Origin: Flavobacteriales bacterium
GTDB lineage: Bacteria > Bacteroidota > Bacteroidia > JACJYZ01
NCBI GenBank assembly: GCA_020435415.1
Contig: JAGQZQ010000002.1
Coordinates: forward strand, 26,301-90,300
DNA length: 64,000 nucleotides
Reading direction: 5' to 3'
Shown here: positions 10,040 through 19,283 of the stretch, in pieces
How positions within the stretch are numbered: position 1 is the stretch's first letter
Layout: every line of letters starts with the position of its first letter
Position numbers and translations under genes: made by a program
Notes under the pieces: generated by a model
What the model saw: only the letters and a program-made list of their open reading frames with translations
Told to the model about the DNA's origin: nothing
Databases searched by the model: none

Positions 10040-10993
10040 ATGTCTACATCTCCTCTAGTGATCAATGGCACGGAAGTGCTTCCCGGCGAACGTAAAATCA
10101 TCAACCTGAATATTGCCAGTCTGCCCAGCCGCACACCCATTGACATTCCAATACACATCTTCCGGAGTAAAAAAGAGGGACCAACGATGTTGCTTCTGGC
10201 TGGCATGCACGGAGATGAGGCCGGTGGAATTGAGATCATACGTCGCATCATCAGTGACGCCCGAATGAAGCGCCTTCTTAAAGGAACGGTGATGGCCATC
10301 CCAATTCTTAACATGTATGGATTCCTGAACTACTCCAGGGAGGTTCCGGACGGAAAAGATGTAAACCGCAGCTTTCCCGGTAACAGGGCAGGATCTTTGG
10401 CCAGCAGGGTTACATGGCATTTTGCCCACGAGATCATGCAATTTGCAGACTACATTATAGATTTTCATACCGGAGGTGCAAGTCGGAGCAACTACCCTCA
10501 GGTTCGATGTGTGTTGGACAGGGGTCCCATTGAAGAAATGGCGGTGGCCATGGGTGCGCCCTTTGTGATCAATGCCAACCTTAGGGACCGGTCACTGCGC
10601 TGGTATGCCACAAAAAAGGGGATTCCTGCCCTGGTATACGAAGCAGGTGAATCGCTGAGGTTTGACGAACATGCCATCTCGGAAGGAGTAGATAGCGCCT
10701 TTCGGTTTATGAAGCACCTGAAAATGATCTCAAAGGCCCCACAATCAAACAATGTAACCATCCTTCGAAGAAGCGGTTGGATCAGGGCCAAATCGGCAGG
10801 CTTGTTCAGACCGTTTGTGGAAAGTGGTGAGAAAGTACGTAAAGGTACCATTATAGGTACCATCTCAGGCCCGTTTGGCGACTACAACAAGAATGTTCGC
10901 GCGAAAGAAAGCGGTTACATTATCGCGGTAAACCATATGCCAGTGATCAATCAGGGCGATGCACTGTTTCACATGGGATATGTTTCTGTCTAG
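10040..10993 (+). CDS. Succinylglutamate desuccinylase/aspartoacylase family zinc hydrolase
   Basis: GMHGDEAGGIE and DFHTGG motifs fit the AstE_AspA zinc-binding pattern. It lies 13 bp downstream of the DUF785 gene. Confidence 0.7.
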   Translation: MSTSPLVINGTEVLPGERKIINLNIASLPSRTPIDIPIHIFRSKKEGPTMLLLAGMHGDEAGGIEIIRRIISDARMKRLLKGTVMAIPILNMYGFLNYSREVPDGKDVNRSFPGNRAGSLASRVTWHFAHEIMQFADYIIDFHTGGASRSNYPQVRCVLDRGPIEEMAVAMGAPFVINANLRDRSLRWYATKKGIPALVYEAGESLRFDEHAISEGVDSAFRFMKHLKMISKAPQSNNVTILRRSGWIRAKSAGLFRPFVESGEKVRKGTIIGTISGPFGDYNKNVRAKESGYIIAVNHMPVINQGDALFHMGYVSV

Positions 10994-10994
10994 A

Positions 10995-11172
10995 AGTTAG
11001 TAGATAGTACTTAGTAGTTAGTAGTTAGTGCATTGACTACGCGAAAGGAGGTTTGCCTTCTGTTATGCCTGGGATCTGGACGCTGAGACTTTGGATGTTA
11101 GAAGATACCACATTGGATCATGGAATCCGCATTGACCCTCAACTAACTACTAAGTACTATCTACTAACTACT
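10995..11172. repeat. Perfect ~32-bp inverted repeat (agttagtagatagtacttagtagttagtag / ctactaactactaagtactatctactaact) flanking a ~110-bp core, built from the TAGTAGA heptamer family
   Basis: Direct reverse-complement comparison. It lies between convergent genes 10040..10993(+) and 11178..12017(-), and may double as a bidirectional terminator. Confidence 0.7.
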
Positions 11173-11177
11173 TTATA

Positions 11178-12017
11178 CTATTTCGACATATGCACCTGCA
11201 CCTGCGGGAATGGGATTTCAATGCCCTGTTCGTTGAATGCCTTATAAACTTTGTCGTTCATATCAAAATAGACAGCCCAGTAATCAGGCGATTTCACCCA
11301 GGCTCTTACCACAATGTTTACGGAACTATCGGCCAGTGCGGAGACTGCGGTAAACAATTCAGGGTCTTTGAAGATACGTTCATCCTGTGAAGCAAGATTT
11401 GCGATGATCTCCCTGGCTTTATCTGTGCTTGTTCCATAACCGACACCAAAAGTCCAATCCACCCTCCTCTTGTCTTCCGTGGAATAATTGATCATCGAAT
11501 TAGTGGCTAATTGTCCGTTGGGTATGATGATCGTTTTAAAATCAGGTGTATTCAAAATGGTATTGAAAATCTGAATCTCCTTTACGGTACCGGTATACCC
11601 GGATGCTTCGATCACGTCACCTACTTTATACGGTTTGAAGATGAGGATCATCACACCACCGGCCAGGTTTTGAAGTGTTCCGGACATCGCCATACCGATG
11701 GCAATACCTGCCGCACCAAGGAACGCAATAAAAGAGGTCATTTCCACCCCGAGCGTACCCAGCACACTCAGCACAAGCATGATCTTCAGGAGGGTATTGA
11801 TCAGGCTTTTCATGAACGGTTTCAATGACGGATCCAGGTGGCGCTTTTCCATCACCGTATTCAATCCACGGACCACACCCCGGATCACCCAAAGCCCAAT
11901 AACCCATACGGCAATCGCCACTAAAAGACGACCACCAACTGTGTACCCCCAGGTACGTGCCAACTCAATCAATTGATTGGGATCTGTAGATAGTCCCACG
12001 GATTCTAATTCATTCAT
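11178..12017 (-). CDS. Mechanosensitive ion channel (MscS family)
   Basis: 279 aa with N-terminal TM helices and a conserved MscS beta-domain region (PYKVGDVIEASGYTGTVKEI). Confidence 0.8.
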   Translation of the reverse strand: MNELESVGLSTDPNQLIELARTWGYTVGGRLLVAIAVWVIGLWVIRGVVRGLNTVMEKRHLDPSLKPFMKSLINTLLKIMLVLSVLGTLGVEMTSFIAFLGAAGIAIGMAMSGTLQNLAGGVMILIFKPYKVGDVIEASGYTGTVKEIQIFNTILNTPDFKTIIIPNGQLATNSMINYSTEDKRRVDWTFGVGYGTSTDKAREIIANLASQDERIFKDPELFTAVSALADSSVNIVVRAWVKSPDYWAVYFDMNDKVYKAFNEQGIEIPFPQVQVHMSK

Positions 12018-12039
12018 TGCAAGTGATTTTTTACCGGAT

Positions 12040-13299
12040 TTACTCCGGAGATTGTTCTACTTTCTTTTCACCATGTTCGTATTCGGCTTCTTCAGTCAGG
12101 TGGCCTTCTTCATCAAACACCCTATAGGTACCATGAGGTTCACCTTTATCGTCATAGCTCATACTTGCCTTGGTGGTGCCATCCGGGTAATAGACCACCC
12201 ATTGACCCGATCTGACGCCGTTGGCAAAATTACCCTTTCTGTTCAAACTTCCATCGGGGTGGTAAAAAAACCACATTCCGCTTTCCTTTCCTTCTGAAAA
12301 AGAGCCGGTTTGTTTCGGTTTCCCATTCGGATAATACAGGAGCCATTCTCCGGTGTACATGCCCTTGCTATATTGGCCCTGCATATATAATTGCCCGTTT
12401 GGATGATAGAAGTACCATACTCCATCACGTTCTCCGTTTACATAATGCCCTTTTTCATACGGTATTTCCTTTTTCCCAGAGGCTGAATCGACCGTTGCAC
12501 TGTAGAAAGACTCATACAATCCTTCGATCTTATTATGGACATAATTGCACCTGTTCATCAATGAACCGTCGGGATGGAAGCCCTGAAACGGACCATGAAG
12601 CTGACCGTTTTCGTAGAAGCATATCTTTTGAACACTGCCGTCGGGACCATCCTTGTAATAACCGGTAAACAAACTATCATATACGCCGTTACGCTTAAAT
12701 GATTTTTCACGGATATGACCGTTATCAAACCAAACCTGCTGGGAGCCCTGTTCTAAATCATGTCTTATGGTTTTGATAAAATGCCTGTTTCCATTTTCGA
12801 AATAAGACTCCGATTCACCGTGCAGATGCCCATCCACGTAATCGGTTTTCTCACGAAGTGAACCATCCTCATAAAATATTTTCACCTCTCCGTTGACAAG
12901 ATCATTTTTATAGGGTATCTCCTGATAAAGTGATCCGCTTTCATAATACACCTTTAACCGCCCCTGCAATCTTCCTTGCTCATATGGAAGTTGCTGCTTC
13001 AGCTTTCCATTGTAATGGTAGTCCTTCCAGATACCAACCATATTGCCATGCTCATACGTTCCTTCCTGCCAAAGCGTGCCGTTGTCATAATAGATCCGGT
13101 ATTCACCATGACGCACATTCTTACCATCTGCGTCCTCATACGTCCAGGTTTCCCTGACCTGGCCGGGCACATCATCATAATAAGTGGTTTCTGTATGTTG
13201 CGCCTTTATTTCCGCCCCACACACAAAGGTGCAGACCACAAAAAGGATAATGGATTTCAGAAAAAATGGATGATAATAGGTCACGGCATATTTATTCAA
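12040..13299 (-). CDS. MORN-variant (YwqK-like) repeat protein with N-terminal signal/TM
   Basis: About 14 tandem ~23-aa repeats of pattern G.W..YYpNG.L...G.Y.NG..HG. Confidence 0.65.
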   Translation of the reverse strand: MNKYAVTYYHPFFLKSIILFVVCTFVCGAEIKAQHTETTYYDDVPGQVRETWTYEDADGKNVRHGEYRIYYDNGTLWQEGTYEHGNMVGIWKDYHYNGKLKQQLPYEQGRLQGRLKVYYESGSLYQEIPYKNDLVNGEVKIFYEDGSLREKTDYVDGHLHGESESYFENGNRHFIKTIRHDLEQGSQQVWFDNGHIREKSFKRNGVYDSLFTGYYKDGPDGSVQKICFYENGQLHGPFQGFHPDGSLMNRCNYVHNKIEGLYESFYSATVDSASGKKEIPYEKGHYVNGERDGVWYFYHPNGQLYMQGQYSKGMYTGEWLLYYPNGKPKQTGSFSEGKESGMWFFYHPDGSLNRKGNFANGVRSGQWVVYYPDGTTKASMSYDDKGEPHGTYRVFDEEGHLTEEAEYEHGEKKVEQSPE

Positions 13300-14122
13300 T
13301 CATGATCTGAACCGCCTCCAGCGCCGAACGATGGCCATAATCCAGAACAGCTGCCAGGGCATACTTCCGGCCTTTCTTGATATCCGACTTTGGAATGGTA
13401 AGTTTGAAAACCCCTTTACTTCCAGGCACCAGCGTTTTCTTGGTGGGTGAATAGCGGATCTCTTCTCCTGACTGGATGTCGGCCAGCACCAGATAGACTT
13501 TGGACTCCAACATTTTATCACCGGAATTCATCACTTCTACTTCGAATTCTCTTGAGGCAGGGTCTTTTGAGATCGGTAGCTCAGTCAGGTTCTGAATTTT
13601 TCCCTGGAAATTCGTATTGGATTTGGGAGACTGGCTTACAAAGATCACGATTCGCGGTTTCAGGAGCACACCGGCTGCCACGTTCTTATCTACATCCAGC
13701 GAAGTACGCTCTGTGGCAGCTTGTACATAAATAATTCCCCACCGGGTTTCCGAACCGTTCTTTGGTACGGTCATGATCACATTCACTTCAGCTTCTTCAT
13801 TGGGTTTCAACTCCAGAAAACCAGGATTCACGCTGATCCAGTCCGCACAACTTCTCGATGCTGTTCCTGGAGGCAGTCGTTTCTTTTCTCCGTTATCATC
13901 CACCTCATAATCACCCAATTTGAATTCAAAATGCTGGGTTGTATTGGCATGATTCCGGATCAATACTTTTTCCGTGGCGATCCCTCCGGGCTCCACCGAA
14001 AAGTTCAACACCACCGGCGACACCTCAAAATCCTGGGTATATGCAGTGACATGTACCAGGAGCATGGCTAAAACAAACGCCCATTTTATGCGGATTTCAA
14101 CATTTTTGATCATCATGGTCAT
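13292..14122 (-). CDS. Secreted ~250-aa two-beta-domain protein of unknown family. Speculatively a periplasmic Ig-fold chaperone-like protein.
   Basis: Signal peptide (KWAFVLAMLLVHVTAYTQ) and a beta-rich alternating pattern. It overlaps the start of the MORN gene by 8 nt (same minus-strand operon) and is divergent from the 14387-18847 cluster. Confidence 0.4.
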   Translation of the reverse strand: MTMMIKNVEIRIKWAFVLAMLLVHVTAYTQDFEVSPVVLNFSVEPGGIATEKVLIRNHANTTQHFEFKLGDYEVDDNGEKKRLPPGTASRSCADWISVNPGFLELKPNEEAEVNVIMTVPKNGSETRWGIIYVQAATERTSLDVDKNVAAGVLLKPRIVIFVSQSPKSNTNFQGKIQNLTELPISKDPASREFEVEVMNSGDKMLESKVYLVLADIQSGEEIRYSPTKKTLVPGSKGVFKLTIPKSDIKKGRKYALAAVLDYGHRSALEAVQIMIE

Positions 14123-14356
14123 AGGTCAATAATACACATTTGTGATTTTCAAAGATAATGATTCATGTGCTCAACAACAGTAATCGTTTATGCAAAGAAA
14201 AACTTACAAATTATCGGGTTAATTGGTTGATTAATCGAAACTTTTGCGGAAAACATACCCAAAAATACATATCCATCAACACTTTACGTAACCCGTCTGG
14301 AACATTACCAGTATAAACCACTGCATTGGTGTCCAAACCAAAAAACCAAATTGTAT

Positions 14357-14383
14357 AACAAACAAACAAACAAACAAACAAAC
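14357..14383 (+). repeat. (CAAA)6-7 tetranucleotide SSR ending 3 nt before the ATG at 14387
   Basis: aacaaacaaacaaacaaacaaacaaac read directly. The ORF-track TTG start at 14351 would translate the repeat (NKQTNKQT), but the signal peptide begins at MKRNLLF. Confidence 0.9.
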
Positions 14384-14386
14384 GTT

Positions 14387-15091
14387 ATGAAAAGGAACTT
14401 ACTGTTTATTGGTATGCTGGGTATTATATCCCAGGTATCTTTCGGACAGGCTGTAAGGGATAGACAAGTGATTCCTGTAGCCGTTAACTTGAACCAGGTA
14501 TTGCGTATGACCATTACGAATGGCGGCAATATCGAGTTCGTATTTAATACCATCGATGATTATAAGAATGGTTTATCTGGGGACCAGGGTACATCATCTT
14601 CTGCGAACCCTGCAGCTTCCGAGCCTTTCTATAAGTCAGACTTCACCGTAGCTTCTTCCACCCGTTGGAAAGTGACCTATGGTTCAGAGGAAGCCACTTT
14701 CATCGGAACCGATAATCCGGCCAATACACTGGCACTTGATAATGTTGGCTTTACCATCGTAAACGGTGGTGGACACAACTTTGAAGGTACAGGTCTGGCC
14801 AAGGCAACCACCGCGGGTGCAGAGCTTTTCAGCACACCTACGGACAATGCCAATACCGGAACCGCGCTACAGGCGTATCCCGTTGACCTGATTGAGGACA
14901 ATGATGATGCGACCAGCGCCAACGCCGGTGATGCCACCGACAACTCTTTCCAGTTGGTATGGCGCTGCGGAACCGCAGAGGCCTTCACAGTGAATCCGAT
15001 GAATACGGTCAAGCTGATCGATCAGCAACCGTCTCCAACACCGGATCGCTATGTGACCAATGTGTTGTTCGAATTGGCCATTGACAACTAA
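14387..15091 (+). CDS. Secreted protein of unknown family (candidate fibre/pilin-like subunit A)
   Basis: Signal peptide MKRNLLFIGMLGIISQVSFGQA and a Gly/Thr/Asn/Asp-rich beta-type composition. Motif NIEFVFNTIDDYKNG is shared with the downstream paralog, and the C-terminus has an alternating hydrophobic strand (YVTNVLFELAI). Confidence 0.5.
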   Translation: MKRNLLFIGMLGIISQVSFGQAVRDRQVIPVAVNLNQVLRMTITNGGNIEFVFNTIDDYKNGLSGDQGTSSSANPAASEPFYKSDFTVASSTRWKVTYGSEEATFIGTDNPANTLALDNVGFTIVNGGGHNFEGTGLAKATTAGAELFSTPTDNANTGTALQAYPVDLIEDNDDATSANAGDATDNSFQLVWRCGTAEAFTVNPMNTVKLIDQQPSPTPDRYVTNVLFELAIDN

Positions 15092-15115
15092 TCCAACAAT
15101 TCGTTATGCGAAGGG

Positions 15116-15150
15116 ACCAGCCGTACTTAACTGTGCGGCTGGTTTCTCGT
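15116..15150 (+). terminator. Hairpin accagccg-N12-cggctggt plus weak T tract between the two subunit-like genes (possible attenuator)
   Basis: 8-bp perfect stem read directly. The T tract is short. Confidence 0.35.
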
Positions 15151-15206
15151 ATAATACTTCAAGTTTCGAGACCAGTCCGTGATCACTAAAAACTGAACAC
15201 AGGAAA

Positions 15207-15773
15207 TTGAAAGGCATGGTCAAATTATCACTGGTATTGCTGCTTACAACATTCGGGTTAAGTGCCTATGCACAAGACTGGAACACCGCACGGTTGAGTA
15301 TACTTTCAGGAGGAAATATTCCCTTCTATTTCAATACCCTTGACAAATACAATAGCGGTATTGAAGTAACCAACGGCACCGTGCTTGGTATCAATATCGC
15401 AGATTTGCCCACAGATCCGCCAACCCCGAATTCAACACTCGTAGGCTGGTCTCTTGAATTCAATTCCTACAATGGTGCCACGGATCTTCAGGGCAGCGGT
15501 GCAAACACACTGCCGCTGAATACCATTCAACTTGAGGCCACCAACAACATTGGCCTGGATCCGGCTGACGCCACCTACTACGGACTAAAAGACCTGACCG
15601 TAGCCGGTGAAGTTCTGATGGAAACAACCAATGCGGCACACTTGAACTGTGACTGGACAACCCACCAGGTAAATATCACATACCAGGCAGGAATGGCGAA
15701 TGGAAGTTTGTTGGGAGAAACACCGGATTATTATGTCGTGGAAATTGAGATCATTCTTATTCCACAATTTTGA
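15207..15773 (+). CDS. Secreted protein, paralog of 14387..15091 (candidate subunit B)
   Basis: Signal peptide LSLVLLLTTFGLSAYAQ. Motif NIPFYFNTLDKYNSG parallels NIEFVFNTIDDYKNG, and the C-terminal strand is YYVVEIEIILIPQF. Confidence 0.5.
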   Translation: MKGMVKLSLVLLLTTFGLSAYAQDWNTARLSILSGGNIPFYFNTLDKYNSGIEVTNGTVLGINIADLPTDPPTPNSTLVGWSLEFNSYNGATDLQGSGANTLPLNTIQLEATNNIGLDPADATYYGLKDLTVAGEVLMETTNAAHLNCDWTTHQVNITYQAGMANGSLLGETPDYYVVEIEIILIPQF

Positions 15774-15790
15774 TTGACTGGTCCTAAAAA

Positions 15791-18700
15791 ATGAAAAAGC
15801 GCATCCTCCACTTAACAAGCCTCCTGCTGTTTGCTACGGCGGGTGTTCTGCTTGCCCAGGATACGCTGAACACAAACCCTGCGCCTGGCGAGACCATTGA
15901 CAGTACCAACACAACACCACCAGACTCTGCGGGAACAGCAAAAAAAGAGGACCCTAACAAGGTACTCGTCTTCACGCGCGATCATATCGAACAAAGCGCA
16001 GATTCTACCTTTTTTAATGTATTAAAGGTCAAGAACACATCATCTGAACCGATGACAGGAACCATAGAGTTCTTTGTCCCTTTCGGTTGGGGAATCGCAT
16101 ACACACCCAAGGCAAGGTATACCATCGCTCCCGGACAAACAGAATACATTCCATTCAGATTATCTATCCCGGGAGAAGCAAAGGGCGGAATGGCACATGT
16201 GGTTAACGTTACCTTCAGAACCAACCAGGCACTATACTCCGAGAATTGCTATATCAAAATCATACGAAAGAGCAGGTGGAGCTTAAGCACCAATGCCAAC
16301 GTGGTTTACTTCAATGCCTACTATAACGACGTTCAATTCAAGGTCATCTTGTCTAACAAAGGGAATACACCAGAGGTGGTTTACCTGCAATTTGATGTTG
16401 GCAAAAATCTGATCATGCCGGAATTCAACGGTGTAAAGAATGCCAGATACGTGGAACTACCACCCTACACCGATACCACGCTGACCTTTGCCGTGGGAGG
16501 TGCTATGAAGGATGAAGATACCCCCTCATACCTTGAACAGATATGGAAAGAATCAACGGTGACCATTAATGCTTCGACAGACTACACCAAACTCAAGGAA
16601 ACGATCTGGTTCAAAAAAGTGGATAGCGAATATATCAACACCAAAGAGCAATCTGCGTCGCCATTGAATGCTGAAGTTCAGTTTTACAACCTGATGAGCA
16701 CGGCTCAACCAAGAATCAATACTTCCGTATTCGGGTCTGTGCTGTTTCCGGAGTCCAGGGAAGTCAATTATCTGGTGAATGCCAGAAATATTCCCTTTTC
16801 CCCTGGAGGAAGCAGAAGTGGTATATTCGTTGAACCTCAGAATTTAACGGCCTATGTACGTTACCGCGATACCAAATGGAATGTGATTGCCGGGGAAAAC
16901 ATTATTTCAACGGGTATCTTCAATTCCAGCGGTAGAGGCGTATCTGCCAACTACAAATTTAACAGGGACTACGATGTATACGCTTCCGCCTTTCAAAACA
17001 CCCTGTATCCCATCTATAACTATTCGGTCGGAGGAAGCGCCCTGGTATTAAAAAAGTTTCGGGTTAGCAGTGGTCTGAGTTATGAAGACAACCAGCGGAA
17101 CAGTACTTCTTCCCTCGCTTATCAATTGATGACCGGCACGACGCTTTTCAAAAAGCATTCCATCAACGGCGGTGTGATCCTGGGGCGCTCCACATTTAAC
17201 AAAACCCCTACCATTCCATCTTCATTTGACACAACCCTGTATGGATTCCGATACCGTCTCTCGTACAACTTCTCGGGAACCAAACTAAAGGTGAATGCCA
17301 CCACCACCGGAAGCACCAGGTACTTTGCACGTGGTGGCGGAAACTCAAATGCCAGGGCTGCATTCATGTATATGCTGGATAAGAAAAAGAGGGTGAATCT
17401 CATTTATGATCGCTATGGTCAAATGGCCAGCAGATTTCCGGATATTCTGTATTATGATGGCAACCGGTTCGACCATGATATGGTTCGGTTGACATTATCC
17501 GAAAACCGCAGTCAGAATTTGTATATAGAAACCGGTCCCACAGCCCGCCGTACAAAACGGTCTGCATACTATCCCGCTTACAATTTCACCACCCGTACCC
17601 TGAACACTTATGCCGGCATGTATATTTCAGCCAGGTACAGCATCTCCAACACTCAATCAATCACACCCACGGCCATTGCGGGATATTCATTCATTAAGGA
17701 AACCAATTTCGATTCCGTGCAGGTTTTTACTCCGGACAGGGGCATCTTCAGCACGAATTTAAGTCTGAGCTATCGCATGCGTCACTGGACCTTAGGCGCC
17801 TATTATGTTTACGGATCACTGAATATTGTAGATGCCCAATACCTGATCCAGACCGGTAAAATGAATCAGGTATTTTATCTGCGTCCCAACTACGAGCGTT
17901 GGTTGCGGAACAGGACCCTGAAGATCTCACTGTACATGAATTACAGCATCAGAATGCCTTCTAACCGCGAAAACAGCAGCATGAGCGCCCGCATTGACGT
18001 GTTCTCAAAGAAAGGTTGGATATTCTATGGCATGGGCAATGCCTTTATCAATTCATGGACGGATATAGAAGAAGGAAGACAATCCTATAAGACTTACAAT
18101 TTCTCCCTTGGTGTGAGAAAATCATTTGACCTGCCCCAGCCCCGGTTGAAATATTACAATGTAAAAGTAGTATGCTTCCGTGACGTAAACGGAAACAAAA
18201 AGAAGGATGAAGGTGAGCCTATGATCGCTAATATCCTGACAGACATCAAACGCCTGGAATATGACAAAGCCCGTGGTCATGGTAACTTTGCCCAGATGGA
18301 ATTGCTCACCGGACCCAATGGTGAGATTAACTATTACAATCTGCCGGAAGGAAGCTACCGCCTTACATTCCTGCCGCTGACCAACCTCGGGGATCTGTAT
18401 AATGTGAATGGTGACAAGCAGACCATTGTGGTGAAAAGTCACACCACGGTTTACATTCCTTTTGCCGCATCCTACAAGATCAAAGGAAAGATCGTGCTGT
18501 TAAGGGATAAATTCAGCAGCGACGGCGCCATCAATGTGGAAGGTATACGCGTGACCGCAACGGGTCAGAATGGTGATACTTATAGTGTTCTGACCGACAA
18601 AAACGGAGAGTATATATTGAACGTACCCCAGGCGGGCTATTTCACGGTGAAAGTAAATAACATCTTTGGTGACCGGTTCAAATCGGACAAGGAAGAATTC

Positions 18701-18847
18701 CTGATTGAGTTCAATGGTTTTGATACCTTTAATGTGGACTTCACTTTCACGGAGAAGAAACGCCAGATCAATCTGCAGGGAGGCGATTACCAATTCCAGT
18801 TCCTGAAGGGAGATAATCAGGAAGAAGATGATGATGGCGGAGAATAA
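15791..18847 (+). CDS. 1018-aa secreted/outer-membrane protein of unknown family (candidate usher-like assembly platform)
   Basis: Signal peptide. The N-terminal ~250 aa are Ig-like. The central ~500 aa are rich in Y/F/N/S/T/R alternations typical of an OM beta-barrel. The C-terminal ~250 aa resemble a carboxypeptidase-regulatory-like beta-sandwich, with an acidic tail. Confidence 0.45.
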   Translation: MKKRILHLTSLLLFATAGVLLAQDTLNTNPAPGETIDSTNTTPPDSAGTAKKEDPNKVLVFTRDHIEQSADSTFFNVLKVKNTSSEPMTGTIEFFVPFGWGIAYTPKARYTIAPGQTEYIPFRLSIPGEAKGGMAHVVNVTFRTNQALYSENCYIKIIRKSRWSLSTNANVVYFNAYYNDVQFKVILSNKGNTPEVVYLQFDVGKNLIMPEFNGVKNARYVELPPYTDTTLTFAVGGAMKDEDTPSYLEQIWKESTVTINASTDYTKLKETIWFKKVDSEYINTKEQSASPLNAEVQFYNLMSTAQPRINTSVFGSVLFPESREVNYLVNARNIPFSPGGSRSGIFVEPQNLTAYVRYRDTKWNVIAGENIISTGIFNSSGRGVSANYKFNRDYDVYASAFQNTLYPIYNYSVGGSALVLKKFRVSSGLSYEDNQRNSTSSLAYQLMTGTTLFKKHSINGGVILGRSTFNKTPTIPSSFDTTLYGFRYRLSYNFSGTKLKVNATTTGSTRYFARGGGNSNARAAFMYMLDKKKRVNLIYDRYGQMASRFPDILYYDGNRFDHDMVRLTLSENRSQNLYIETGPTARRTKRSAYYPAYNFTTRTLNTYAGMYISARYSISNTQSITPTAIAGYSFIKETNFDSVQVFTPDRGIFSTNLSLSYRMRHWTLGAYYVYGSLNIVDAQYLIQTGKMNQVFYLRPNYERWLRNRTLKISLYMNYSIRMPSNRENSSMSARIDVFSKKGWIFYGMGNAFINSWTDIEEGRQSYKTYNFSLGVRKSFDLPQPRLKYYNVKVVCFRDVNGNKKKDEGEPMIANILTDIKRLEYDKARGHGNFAQMELLTGPNGEINYYNLPEGSYRLTFLPLTNLGDLYNVNGDKQTIVVKSHTTVYIPFAASYKIKGKIVLLRDKFSSDGAINVEGIRVTATGQNGDTYSVLTDKNGEYILNVPQAGYFTVKVNNIFGDRFKSDKEEFLIEFNGFDTFNVDFTFTEKKRQINLQGGDYQFQFLKGDNQEEDDDGGE

Positions 18848-18854
18848 CCGTGCC

Positions 18855-19280
18855 TTACAGATTGAATTTATCCGCTACAAGTTTCCTGCAGTATTCCCTT
18901 ATCTCATCTCTTGTATCAGCGAATGCCTTTTTGATCTCCCCTTCTGACCCTGTTGCCTTTGCGGGATCCGTAAAGCTGTGATGCACCCTTTCCGCTTCAG
19001 TTGGAAACCATGGACAATTCTCACGTGCATGATCACACACGGTAATAACCAGATCAAACGGCACTTCCCGATATTCATCAATATGATTAGATGTGTGTCC
19101 GGAGATATCGATATGATCCTCCGCCATGGTTTCTATAGCCCTTGGATTTACGCCATGGGTTTCAATGCCTGCACTGTAAATGGCATGTTTTCCTCCCGTA
19201 AAATGCCTGAGGTAGCCTTCGGCGATCTGACTTCTGCAGGAATTTCCCGTGCATAAAACCAGAATATTCTTCCTATTCAT
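18855..19280 (-). CDS. arsC: Arsenate reductase, LMW-PTP family (thioredoxin-coupled)
   Basis: CTGNSCRS P-loop plus downstream Cys residues. It is the last gene of the ars operon. Confidence 0.85.
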   Translation of the reverse strand: MNRKNILVLCTGNSCRSQIAEGYLRHFTGGKHAIYSAGIETHGVNPRAIETMAEDHIDISGHTSNHIDEYREVPFDLVITVCDHARENCPWFPTEAERVHHSFTDPAKATGSEGEIKKAFADTRDEIREYCRKLVADKFNL

Positions 19281-19283
19281 TTA

